The position numbers and the translations under genes were made by a program. Positions 21,801 to 34,570 of a stretch of 64,000 bases of DNA are shown piece by piece. Position 1 is the first letter of the stretch; every line of letters starts with the position of its first letter. The stretch comes from Takakia lepidozioides (taxonomy: Eukaryota > Plantae > Bryophyta): assembly GCA_030704615.1 (NCBI GenBank), contig CM060733.1:52142001-52206000 (forward strand), in the 5' to 3' direction. Below the pieces are notes generated by a model. That model had not been told where the DNA came from. It searched no databases and saw only the letters and a program-made list of their open reading frames with translations.

Positions 21801-22700
21801 ATTCTACTGGTTCAAGGCCTACCCACTACCGCCCTGCCCCCTGGACTAAGTTTGCCAAAGGTTTCAAGGCAATTGATCCTGATGCTATGAATAAGATCAT
21901 GAATGGTGGTGATCAAAATTCCAGCCGCCAGGACAAGTGGGCAAAGACACACTTCGCCATATGGCAGAAATTCCGTGGAATTCCATAAACACCAATTGAA
22001 GAAATATTTGAAGCTGATTGCAAAACTTTTGTCGATCATTTCTCTGAATTTTTCTTAATGGTCTTGAAAACAGATAGGAAGCCCTATCCAGCAGAAACTC
22101 TTGGATCACTTTTCCAAGGTTTGGGAAGATGCATTAGAGCACGTTGTGAGAAGAATCAAGTGGAGTCTAATGTAGCTCAAGTGCCGTTCTGCATCTACAC
22201 TGATCCACACTTTTCTAAGGCAAAATTGGCCTGTGAAAGTGCTATGCGAAAAAATGTTGAGGTATTGGCCTTCAGAGGAACTCATCGCCTGCTCTCACTT
22301 ATGGAGATGAGGCTGCGATGCTTGCTCATCAAGATTTCAGTAGAGTGACACCTAGAGGCTGTTCCTTGATAATTGCCTACTTCTGCACCAGAAATTTCTT
22401 TGTTCGCGGCAGTTCTGAACTCTACCATTTGCGGGAGTGCGACTTCACGTTTGGCAGGGATGAGTTCGGCCATTATGTCCTATAAGTAATATGTTTCCTT
22501 ATGTTCTTGTTTGTTTAAGTTTATATGCTAAAGATATTATGAGTATAATATTGCATGTTGAATGCTTCTGTGCAGGTTTTAAGAAAGAGCTAGAACAAAA
22601 AACTGGAAAGTGACAATAACCAAGTGTCAACCTGAGAAGTTACGACGCCCAGTGAAGTGTTGCACTACAGATGTTTATGATACATTCAAGACATTCTACA
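21800..22700 (+). pseudogene. Crypton/DUF3504-like tyrosine-recombinase fragment
   Basis: FFLMVLKTDRKPYPAETLGSLFQGLGRCI...DPHF..AK. After a frameshift: TPRGCS..AYF..RNFFVRGSSELYHL..DF (RGxxE box I). It has stops, frameshifts and a decayed intron at ~22482-22575. Confidence 0.55.
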
Positions 22701-23160
22701 AACTGTCCTCACTACTTACCATTCACTTCATCGAATTCACATACTGCCATGACCGCTACCCCCATGATTCAATTCTAGAAAAATGGCAAAAATACGCCTC
22801 ACTCATCCTCGCACTTCGCCGTCGAGGTTGGTCCATTGGCCCTCTCACGGTCATCACTGCCGGCACCCGCGGTGGCATCCACAATGCTAGCATCGCCACC
22901 CTACATGATAACTTCAAGTTCCTTATCCCTCCTATCCACAGATGCTTCAAAGCCATTCATCTCGCGGCCCTAGTACGCTCCCTCACAACTATCATCGCCA
23001 ACAAATGACAACTGGAATCTACCCCCATGCCGGCACCCTAGGAACCCCAGGGTACCCCTGGGGTTACATGGATACCACCCACACACACACACAACCCCCC
23101 CCCCCCCCCCCCCCGCGGATGTTTGGTCCTTTTACACTTATAGGGCCGGCCACCCTCGAC
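22700..23160 (+). mobile_element. LINE C-terminal restriction-like endonuclease fragment and 3' tail
   Basis: IHFIEFTYCHDRY..EKWQKYASLILALRRRGW..VITAGTRGGIH. Followed by (AC)n and poly-C. Confidence 0.65.
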
Positions 23161-24249
23161 ATGCGGCAGTAGCCGCAAGGTGAAGTGGCTCTTAGTTACG
23201 CAGGCTTTTCTGCCAAAGTCATCTCTCTCTCTCTCTCTCTCTGATCTCTATAGTGTTACTCCCAAAGCCAGAACAAGGGAGCAAGCCTCGTTCCACAGGG
23301 GGAGGAGGGGAGCAAGCCTCATTCCAGGGGCGAGGACCGGAAACAAGGGACCAGGCCCCGTTCCGTAGGGCGAGGAGGGGAGCGGGATGGGGCGAGGACT
23401 GGGAACACAATTTCTTCCTCTCTTCTCACTCTTCTCAACACTCAGGCTCACACCGTTACGCTGTAGGTGGCACATCACAACACGAAGTGCGGCAGCGAGC
23501 TGGAATGAGGACAAGGCGGTGCTCCATGGGATGGGGCTCTTTCATCACCGATGCCTGAACTTCATAGTGTATCTAACACATAGTGGCCCTTCCCGCTTCC
23601 CTAAGGGCTTCACCTTCTCCACTAGTCCCTCATCTTCCTGAAAGACTACGTGCTTCCCGTGCTCATTTCCCACCCTTCATGTGCTCCCGCACTTAACACA
23701 CTCCCGCATTTCACTCTCTCTCTTTCCCGCACTTTGCTCCATACTCCAATCATAGCATGCTACGACACCACTGTATCTCTAATCCCTAAACTAAAAACTT
23801 ACAAATTTTAAATTAAAATTTTTATTAGGTTTTTAATTTTTATTCTTGAATATTCCACGTAACCTTTGCAATGAGAATATTTTTTAAGTGCTAGTCGCAG
23901 ATTGAGTGGTTAAAATGACGCCCATTTTTGTCTAATTATGAAACACATAGTAACAATTTATATTTAAAAAACGTAATTGTGTAGTTACAACTTGGCAAGT
24001 AGTTCAAACAACTCATAATTTCAGCAATTATTTAATTAATTTTATCTCTAATTTTCTTTAAGCCCTAGAAAATTGGCACCCAACCCGGAGTTGTGGACGC
24101 GACTTCCTTCACTACGAGCAGGACAAAAACTTGTCTGTTGTGGCTTGCAGTTGCTCTCCAACTGATTTTGGACAACCAGTCGCATAGATCACACCAGTTC
24201 AAATGGACATGATTCCTACTAGTGGCTGCTTCAAGTGTATACGCAAACA

Positions 24250-26269
24250 ACATGAAGCTCTGTAATTACTACGCCCCGGACCCGCAAGCTCTGTCATTGC
24301 TGAGCCCTGGAGGATCTGTTACTACTGAGCGTGATGTGTGCCATTCATGTAGTGCTAAGAGGAGTAAGAATAGAGGAGAGTAGTGAGAGCTGTGAGATAA
24401 AGAGACTATAAAGAGCACTGAAATTATAAACAAACAACAAGAAGCCTGTCATTGCCAAGCCCCAGACAGGGAAGCTTTGTCATTGTCGGACTCTGAACAA
24501 GAAGCTATGTCTTTGCTGACCCCTCAAGGATGTGTCAATGCTGAGCCCTGAACCACGATCCTCAACGATCGTGGTTCCACACCCAACAATTATCTTTTTA
24601 TAAGATCATTGTTCACATGTGTTGTGTGCCACTAGGGTTTCTAAGAGGAGCGAGAAGAAATAAGAGTGAGAGAAGCTCTGTCATTGGTGAGCCCTCAAAA
24701 ATTAGTCTTTGCTGATCTTTGAACCTACACAGTCCGAGTCAACGATCGCAATTTCAGAGCCAACATTCCTCCTTCAATATGCCCAAAATGTAATACCCGC
24801 CCAACATTCGTATTTACATTGTGGCACGAGTGGCATCCACAAGAACCTTAGAGGAGCAAATATGTCGCTGGTACAAAATACAGAGTCAAAACAAGTGGCG
24901 ATAATATGAGATGTTGAATGGGTGTTGGGCAAATGAACCCAAAACATAGTAGACAAATGAATAGAAAAATGAATAAGTGACATTCTACCACCCTTTTTAT
25001 TTTCATCATCCTCTGCAGCCACCCTTTTGTCCTCCTCTACGGCCAACTTTTTCATATTTACAAACTTTATCATCCAACCCACCTTAGTATCAAAAATTAA
25101 TGAGGTATTGGGATTTGAGCACTTGAAGATCAAATGAGTTCCCTACCACTAAATCAATAATAAGTGTTCTGCATGTTCTCTACTACAAAGTCTATTTGTA
25201 CAAAGTACTTATATATATATATATATATAGGAAAATGGGCAGCAGGCTCCACGTCCTTGGAATGGGGCGATGTCCTACAGGTGATCGGTAGGATCTGGCT
25301 CCTCAATTATAAAACGCCTCTATTCAGTATGGCAATAGGTGCCTCCTCTTCCGGCCCCTCTGGCGAATGATGGGCCCACCAAATCAGCTTTTAGCAAAAT
25401 CCTTGAAAATTTTAACCTCGTTTCCATTAGCCCCTATCGCCAGGACCCACGCGAGGTCGAAATCTGATGATTATTCGCCACTAAAAGATTGGCTGCTATG
25501 GAGAAGACTACGCTTACCCAACGAGTTCAATGCAAGCGTGGGAGCCTTGCCAGCACGGTCGCCAAGGATGGCTGTTCTGGCGGGGCGTGCTGTCAAGTTC
25601 CCACCCCCCTGCTCCCCTCTCTCACCTACGAGCCTATGTTGTAGAATAAACCATGAAAAAATCAGAGATTTGATAAGAAGCTGCTGGTGGTAGTGTGATG
25701 GCTAGATTAAGTGCATCATTATATTTAGGTTTGAAGATCAATTCGTGGCACTCAAAGAACATTGAATGATTGGTTGCACATGCGTCTAAGTCCAAGATAC
25801 CCGCTCCGCTCCCTACTCCCCTCTTTGTTACCAGTCTTGCTCCCCTGTCCTTGTCCCTTGTCCTTGTTCCCTATTTTTGGTCCCTGCTCCCCTCCTCGTC
25901 CTATGGAAGGGGGTCTGCTCCCTTTAGGGCCAACATTTCTCATTTTACAGTGATGTTGCTTACATGTGTTGTGTGCCACTGGAGTGGTGAGAGGAGTGAG
26001 AAGAGATTCAAGTAGTGAGAGTTGTCACATAAGGAGATCATAAAGAGCTTGAAATCTGTCATTGCTGAGCCCTGGACTAGGAAGCTCTGTCATTGCCTAA
26101 TGTTGAATAGGAATAACCTCTGCAACTAGTGAACCCAGAAAAATTTGTCTTTGTTGAGCCCTGAACCACGATCGTCAACTATCGCAATTTCAAGGCCAAC
26201 ATTTCTCACATGTGATATGTGCCATTGAGGAGTGCTAAGAGAGGAGAGCAGAGAGAGTTGTGACATAAC
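24250..26269. repeat. Degenerate repeat family built from GAAGCTCTGTCATTGCTGAGCCCTG sub-repeats (continues at 29111-29230; inverted related module at ~23270-23480)
   Basis: The motif recurs at 24255-24550, 24670-24730, 26055-26170 and 29145-29220, along with a GTGTGCCACT..GAGAG module. Confidence 0.7.
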
Positions 26270-29110
26270 CTCCTCTGCATTGGAACGTGCCTGGCTCACT
26301 AGCCCCTTTCTCTCACAATTTGAAATCTCTTACCCTAAACAAAGGATACGTGTTCTTACTTACTTTAAAACCCGCTACATCACCACTCTTACTCAACTCA
26401 CTACAGCCACTGGACACCAACTCTTATCACCAACGGAATACACCTTTAAACACTCAAGATCTACAGTCAAAACAAGTCGCTTCCTACTCTATCTTCGCAC
26501 TCTATTCTGTCATCCATCCACATCATGCACCCTCGATTGTGACATCCCATGCGTATATTTCCCCCACACACCCCAAGACTTGTTACCACAATACAGGTCT
26601 GCTTCTGCTGCCTCCATGCTCCAGAAGCTTAAAACCTCCTACAACCCTCCCACATACACCGCCTCCCACCCAACCCCTCAGCCACCCTCTCCCCGATAGG
26701 CCCCAATCTACTATAATTATCCCCCTTCACCCACCATCATACCGGAAAGCCCCCGCCCACCCAAGTGACCCAGACAACCCCAACGCCTTTGTCATTGAAG
26801 CTATTCTGGGTACTAAAACCCAAACGTCAACTGACCAATTTGGGGCCACCTGTGTCGACACATTTTACTATTGTAAATGGGCCGGCTACCCATCCAGTGC
26901 TAACACCTGGCAAATGGAGGACGATCTCTTTGGGGCACACGATGATTGCGACCCTGACCATAACCTCTCCCTCCTCACCGCCTTCCACAAACTCACAAAT
27001 ACCAACTACCTCACACACATTCATCACCAACATGCATCCCCCACACGACCAACCGACAACCGCTACATACATAGTCCGTTATCGCCCCCCAATATACTCA
27101 TATGCACGACCGAATGTAACCCGGACAAAGAAATTGATCATACCTCCCCTCTGGTTCATATTGGTCCCGTCTCTCTCATGTCTATGCCCATAAGGGGCGC
27201 TTTATTGGTCTCATCCCCAAGGACAGGCTCACCTGGCTCTGGGGAAGATACTCTACCTCCTACACCCATTCGCACATCCTACAACCCCCCAAGCAAGACT
27301 TTGCCACTGCAATATGCTGGTTGCTAGAACGCTACCTCAAAGATGCCCCCCCTAAAAAGCCAGGTGCCCCCAATAGACTAACAGCTGCATGCGCCCACAA
27401 CACCATACCTAAAGACATCCTCTCCCTCCTTATTCGCTCATTCCACCGTATCCATTCATACTACTCTAGCCAACTAACATGCCCTACGGAGCTAGCTACA
27501 TTTGCTAGCCCCCACCCTCGAGACTGCATTATTGGTGCCATCGGCCTTGCCACGCAACACACTTGGGCTGGCAGGGGCCTTGCACATCCCCCTCCTGGCA
27601 CCCCCACCCACGAAGCCCTCCAAATGGCACGGTTTGCTGCTCATTCCTCTCCCCATAACCTCACCATATTATTCATACTCACCCAACAACAATCGCCTAA
27701 TGACTCCCACCCTCTCCTGCGCCTACCACAAGGTGTCAACTTACTTGCTACAATCGAACCAAACCAGTTTAAATACGCCCTTCCCTAAATATCTCCGACA
27801 AAAAGAATCCACCCTAAACCCTTCTCCTACATGTCCAGCACTCTTCCCCCATCACCATACCGGAACCTCTCTTGAACCAATTAAATCATTTGCTAACTCT
27901 CACGCACAAAATGAAGGCCACTACCCTCTACCTCGCCACCCCTCACTCCTCTACCCCCGCACGTGTCTGCGTCCCACCCCTATTTCCCAAAATCAAACCC
28001 AACTAGGCCTAGGGACCCCCCCCCCCCCCCCCCCCCCCGACCCGGCCCCCCCACACTACCCAACTAACGCCCCCATCCCCTCAATATTCCGCCGCGCTAC
28101 CCCCCTCAAATACCCCCCCACCCACTCCCATTACACGGATGGGTCCCTCACCAAACCCAACGTTGGCTATGGTGTATATCATGCCGCTACCAAGACTCCC
28201 TGGCCCTGCCACCATACTACGCGCCAAAGTTATGGCCATCTTTGAAGCCCTCTCCCTATTAGATGCATTTCCTCTGCCTTACTACATCTTCACCGACAGC
28301 CTCAACTCACTCTTTCTTATCCGTAACCACATCGCCCGCCCGTCCTCACATCACCACCACCCAGATCGCACCCTCATTACAGCCATTGTCAACATCACTA
28401 TCTCCAAAAACCACCCTATCCACTTTCTCAAAGTACGGTCACACACAGGCATCCAGGGCAATGAGGCTGCAGATCTCCTTCCTCAAACTGGGGCCTCTTA
28501 AACCCCAGTACTACCCACAAATGATCCTATCCACATTGCCCACACATACCCTTTTTGGTTTACCAGCCCCGGACCCCCCTACACCCAAACCTATCTGAAA
28601 TCTTCTGAATACACTCACCCGCGAAGCTAACAAATAGGCTAGGGCCTCCATCAGCCACACCAAAGTACACATCCAAAAAATGGACTCACTCCGCAGTTCT
28701 TCACCACAAACTATCAAACCACTTCTGGCATACCAAAGTCGCGACAAATGCACAAATACGACAAATACTTAAATTCCAGTCACAATACATGGGACATCAA
28801 CGTAAACACATTTTCTGGCCCCACCTGTTCCCATCCCCGTTTTGCCCACTATGCTTAACACCCAGCATGCACGTGACACCTGACCACACCTTCTTAGCCA
28901 ATGCTCCCACCCAGTCATCCACGGCCTCCACATCACCCGCCACAACCACGTGGTGTGGCATATCCATAAACTTCTCCTAAGCCGTGCTGAAACTCGCAGG
29001 TTCTCCCTCATCAATGCTGGCACTTACCAAGGCAGGCCCCCTGATCATATTGTACCACCATGGCTATTGCCATGTATGTGATCCCGGTCACCATGTACCT
29101 GCCCAGCCCG
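26270..29110 (+). mobile_element. LINE internal fragment: chromodomain, RNase H, CCHC finger, ending at the start of the RLE region
   Basis: Chromodomain: FVIEAILG..YYCKWAGYPSSANTW..EDDL. RNase H: YTDGS, AI..AL, IFTDSLNS, KVRSHTGIQGNEAAD. Zn finger: CPLC..H..C..RHN. Flanked by ATAAC at 26265-26269 and 29111-29115. Confidence 0.8.
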
Positions 29111-30426
29111 ATAACGAGATTATGAAGAGCTTGAAGTTTATACTTTGTCATTATTGAACCTTAGACCATTAAACTCGCTCATTGCTCAGCCCTGAATAGG
29201 AAGCTCTGTAATTGTTGATCCGTCAATTTTTTTAAAGCTCAAACTAAAGTTTTGAGATATCTCGAAAAACATAAACAAATAAAACATGCCTCACTTACTT
29301 ATATGTACTCTACATATTTGTTATATACTAATAATATAAGTAATATTTTTATTTCTTAAATTTTTTGAAAGCTCAAATACCTCAAAAAACATAATTTAGG
29401 TAATATTTTAATTACTTACTTTTTGAAAGCTCAAACTAAAGTTTTGAGATATCTCAAAACATAATCAAGGTTATATGGTAAGAGAAAAAGTAAAATTTGT
29501 TTTTTCTGACCAAATTTGTTTTTTCTTCAAACAAGAAAATGACCTCGCTTGTATGTATTTTACATGTTTATTTTATATTAATATAAGTAATATTTTTATT
29601 TTATTACTTTTGCCACCCTTTCAACCAATATGCAAGCGTGCCCTCCATCTCCACCAACTTTTTCTACCTAAGAAATATTCCACTTTCATCTACCAACTGT
29701 TGGGTACAACGGGGAATGCAACAAGTAGAGGCTAGATAGGGAGGATCTCTCACAAAGGATGACAAGCACAAGTCCAATCACGCGGCACCTAAGGGCATCA
29801 TCACTTTCACATCCAAAATTGCACACCGCATCCAATGACCCAGTTTAACACCCAAATCACACTGACGAAAGCCCAAGCCCTGTATCTTTTTATATAAAGT
29901 TATAATAGCTAATTTAAATATAAGCATGTGGCCAAACCCTCATTGGATCCACTGATTACATCATTCTTCCATCATACATCAGCTGCCAGGGTGTCTAATC
30001 TTGTTGCTGTTGGCTTAAGACAAGGTAGCAAGACCAAAATTAGGTTTCCCTTTGAAAAATAAAAACAAATGGAACAAAAAGGTCTGCACTAACTTTCTCA
30101 ACCACCACCTGTTTTTCATCCATGTAATGAACATAAGAGCACTTGGCTAAAGATGAATCATCCTTCCACAGGATTGAACGTGTCGTGTACTCCCCGGGCA
30201 TGTGTCAAAGTGTGATGAATGATGGCATGGGCACCGGTTTCGAAGTGGGGGCCGCTTCGGAGAGTTCGGAACGATAGGACTATTCTGGGCATAAATTCCA
30301 AAAGATACACAGTAGATGACATTCAGTGGTGAGAGAAATAGTGGGGAACTTCAATGTTGTCTCTCTCCTTCACGCACTCCATTCTCTATTCTTCAATTTT
30401 AAACTCCCAAGGTTGCTCACGTAGAC

Positions 30427-30891
30427 ATGGGCATGGCCAAAGCCAACTTCATTCTTCTGGTGCTTGCTTTTCTCACAGCTCAAACAACAGTGCGAGGCGA
30501 CGCAAATGGCGAGTTTGCCATGCAGCCTCCAAGTGTTCTTCAGACCGGATCCTTTCTCGTAAGTCAAAACGGAAACTACAAATTGACAATGCAGAGCGAC
30601 TGCAATTTGGTGTTGTACAGATCAGGCAATAACCAAGCGCTATGGGCCTCCCAAACCAATGGCAGAGGTAACAACTGTTATTTGGTGATGCAGTCGGATG
30701 GAAACATTGTCGTCTATGATGGATTTAGTAACCCTATGTGGGCATCTCAAACACAACACAGTGGCGACTGTGATCTCTTTCCTATGGTGACCAGGTATAC
30801 ACTAAATTTGCAAGATGATGGCAATCTTGTCTTGTACTGTTTGTTTTATGACAGCTTTCCTCTATGGTCCACTGGGACATTTGGTCAATAG
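30427..30891 (+). CDS. Secreted GNA/bulb-type mannose-binding lectin
   Basis: Signal peptide and three QxDxNxVxY sites (QSDCNLVLY, QSDGNIVVY, QDDGNLVLY). Intronless and intact. Confidence 0.93.
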   Translation: MGMAKANFILLVLAFLTAQTTVRGDANGEFAMQPPSVLQTGSFLVSQNGNYKLTMQSDCNLVLYRSGNNQALWASQTNGRGNNCYLVMQSDGNIVVYDGFSNPMWASQTQHSGDCDLFPMVTRYTLNLQDDGNLVLYCLFYDSFPLWSTGTFGQ

Positions 30892-33800
30892 GCTGATACA
30901 CAGAGCTCCATATGAGACGATAGTAGTGAAGGCGATCAGTTTTTGGTGGACCTGATACATGCAGAAGAAATATAAATTGGGTGTTTGGGGAGGTCACTAT
31001 ATGTGATTTGTGCGTATTTTATACTAGGTTTTTTAAAACTTTGCATTCTTTTCCACCAGGCTATCTTTAGGTAATATTGTAAAACCCTTTGTTTCCTAAC
31101 ACCATATTTTTTCTTTATAAATATTTTGTAACATTTAATTAGATACTATTTTAAATTGTTTTTTAAAATAATTGCAAGATTTCAAAGCATGTATATAAGC
31201 AAGTACATTCCATACATAACTCAAATGTCAGACCCAAGCAAAAGTTTAATTTTTATTAGCCACAAACTCATTCAAATCCGCAACATCACTTGGATGTAAA
31301 GAGTACAAGTTCTGAGATGGTTCAAATGTCATAGTCACTGTTGAGATTATGGTCCCAACATCAATCCACTACGTATCACTGGAATCATATTTTAACTACA
31401 TGTGATCTCTACCTTTAGATAACCAATTCAACTTCACAGTAGATGACAATTGCGTGGATGTCATTTGAATGAAATAAAACCCATAATCACTGCCTAATCC
31501 CAGCAAATCATCAAACACTTCTTCGCCCTCAACTACTTCAACTCCAACAGTATCACCAATCAAATGAGCGTACCCTCCATCATCAGGCAAAACATCATGT
31601 CTGATTGTTTCATCCCAATGGACTTCACCGTCCCCATCTTCCCTAGGAGTCAACTTCTTCGGGGGAATATACCTGAAATGCTTAGGATCTTTGTCTTCAA
31701 TCTTTCAAGGCTCTGTCCACCATTTTTTGTTTCTTGATTGGGAAGAATGTGCCATATTAGGGCCATATTACAGCTGTTGTGCTTACCGAAAGTCCTCTCG
31801 CAGTGCATCAACTACCTGCGAGCATCTTGATCTTGCAATAAGATGCCAATAAGATGAGGTGCTGCCACATCATAAGACGTAAATGTCTGAGAAAGTAGAG
31901 GATTCTATTTTCAAGACTATCTTCTTCTCACTCTGCTTGTCATCTCCAAGTCTTGATAATATGCCCATTCTAAACCCCAAAACACTGATATTCCCTAGGA
32001 TAACACAGCTCTCATTGTCCTAATAAACTAGATCCCAGTCAAGAGATCCCAGTCAAGAGCTAACAGTACATCTGATAGCGGAGCAATGACACATTAATCC
32101 GTCCACTTAACCGGTACATGTCTGGCTTTGCTGTGACTTCATCGCAACAATTGCAAGAGGAGGTTGGCTACATAATGTTCCCACGATGTCCAATTTTGCT
32201 GGTGTTCAGCTGCAAATGCACAGACCTGGTTAAGTTGAAAGTAGACTCACTACAGCTTTACACGATGTGAAACAGATATGTCTTCAGTATACACTCATAG
32301 ATGCGACAAAGTGCTTGCATCGTAGCTCATGCCCCTCAGACCTGTCTCCAATGCCGCAGCTACGTGAACGTGTTGAGCTCCAAGTCGCATAACAAATTAA
32401 CCCTGCGCACGACACCATCGCCCTACTCCTATGAATGAAGTTTTGAGAAGATTTCATCCTGATGGATTAGAACTGGATAAAATACGAGAAACTTCACAAG
32501 GATGGATACATTTATACTGTAGATAAAATCCTTTATTGCATTAATTTTAACTTAAAACTCTGGATTTTTTGTGACATTGTTTTTAAAAAAACTGGGTGAA
32601 AGGATATTGGCCTATCATATTTTCTAAGTAAAATTTTTCTAAAATTTACCTCAAAAACTACACCCTATATTTTCTAAAACTACACCCTATATTTGTTCTT
32701 ATGTGGTTTTGAAAATACGGGGAGTGACTTCCTAGGATTGGGTGTGAATGCATCTTATTATTATTAGTCTGCTTGCTAGGATCTGCTTGAAAAATGTTAG
32801 TGACATAGAGAGCCCTTGAAAGACCTATAAAATGTACACATGAGCATAGATCATGTGGACCATTAAATACAAAACAATTTGACATTCACCTAGTTATGCA
32901 CTGTCAAGAGTGCTGTCGTTGGAAGTCCCTGATGGCCGATCTCCAGATATGAGGTGTGTGTCTTTCCCTGGTGTAATGACTCAGAAATTATAGGAGGTTC
33001 TTGAAGGTAGACAATTCCAAGCTCACAAATGTGGCTAAAACCGTCTGCCGAATGAGAGCTGTGGAAGTTTTTCCATGATATTTGAGTCAATTTGGAGGGT
33101 TAAAAGTTAAAACTTCTCTGCCAATTTAAAGCTTGGGCGCACTTCATTATCCATCAATAATGGTAACAAGATTGCAAAATCACATGTATACATGGCAGTT
33201 GTATGTTGTGTGGTATGGAGCTGGCGGTTACATAGATTGTAGTGGTTCAAAAATTAAGTCGGTTAGAGGTTGTCAATAGAGGGGTCCCCCCAAAAAGTGT
33301 CTTGGTTATCAATATGCCATTTATCCAAGTGGAAGACTACTGGTCCCGTATAACGGTTATCAATACAACTTCAATTTTTTTAAAAAGGGGATGAATTGAT
33401 TTTCAGTTATGATATATTCAGACTTTAAGAGCACCAAATACAAAACGTAGCATTAAATTATTCAGTCAAGGACCTCCAAAACCTTAGATGAATGTTAGAT
33501 CAACATCAATGTTGTGACACGTATAAAGGCACTTTGCTTGATACATAGGCAAGGTGGACCCACATGAAAATATGTCCAGTAGAGTTTTTTTTTTCGGGGG
33601 AAAAATCGCCAGATTTCGACGTGGAAACTCGGTCAGCTACTTGTACAAAGGAATTATGGGGGTAATCCGAGATTTTTGCCAAAAAGTACCAGTTGATAAA
33701 TTTCGGGAGCCTAATCTTGCCGACGTGGACCAGTTAAAACGTGCCACCTGAAATATAGCCACTTTTATATCTCTGCCACCTCGATATTCTCGCCACATGG

Positions 33801-34310
33801 GCACTGGGTACAATTCATAAGTGGCCCCGCCAGCGATTTTGGAAATATGAAAAAAAGGCCGCTGAGTAGAAGCTTCATTCTGTCACGTATCCACAACGAA
33901 CCCACAATGTCGACTACTGTTCAAGAGACAAAGAGTAGAAATGGATAAAAATATCATTTGTTGTGAGGAGACAAGTTGGAACTAACCAAAAGTGACTCCC
34001 TTCTTCTTCTCAAAATACTAGTGGAGAGACATTATCTCTTCGCTCCTCTCCTCGCCCTGTCGAACGCAGCTTGTTCCCCTGTTTCCGGTCCCCGCCCTCC
34101 TACTCACTCCCCTATCCCACTCATGTCCCACTATGGGGAGCAAGGATGGGGGAAGGAACATAGGAGCAAAAATGGGAGAATGTTTGGGAACATGAACCTA
34201 AAGGTGCATGGGGGAGCATGAGGAGGGAATAGGGGGTGTGGAGCGCTCCCCACCTTCGTAATGTGGGATGAGATGCGGAGGCCCCCACTATCAAAACTTA
34301 GTTAATTCAA

Positions 34311-34570
34311 CAATTTAATGTAGTAAAGCACACCACGGGTTTCACCAATGAAATAAATCAAGAATCTATATTTTCCATGACTATATTAAAGAAAACTGGA
34401 TGACATCCTCATTCACAAGATGTCACTTGACTTCAGGTCGATTTATTTTGCTAATAAATTTTTACAGGAGTCATTATCCTACAGATTGTGGGCGAAGCAA
34501 AATGAACCGTGACTATATACTTCTGCATATTAGGGACTCCTGCAAATAACAACATCTCATGATACAAATA
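34311..34570 (+). repeat. Dispersed ~250-bp repeat, second copy at ~37573-37825
   Basis: Both copies share TGTAGTAAAGCACACCA..GAATCTA..TTAAAGAAAA..TTTTGCTAA..GTGGGCGAA.CAAAATGAACC..GCATATTAGGG. Confidence 0.85.

Noticed and set aside
31396-32400. Degenerate minus-strand coding remnant (WDETIRHDVLPDDGG...)
   Set aside because: It looks coding-like, but I see no family motif I can support.
33583-33858. Possible MITE (TTTTTTTC..AAAATCGC / GCGATTTT..GAAAAAAA ends)
   Set aside because: The inverted ends are too degenerate and there is no TSD.
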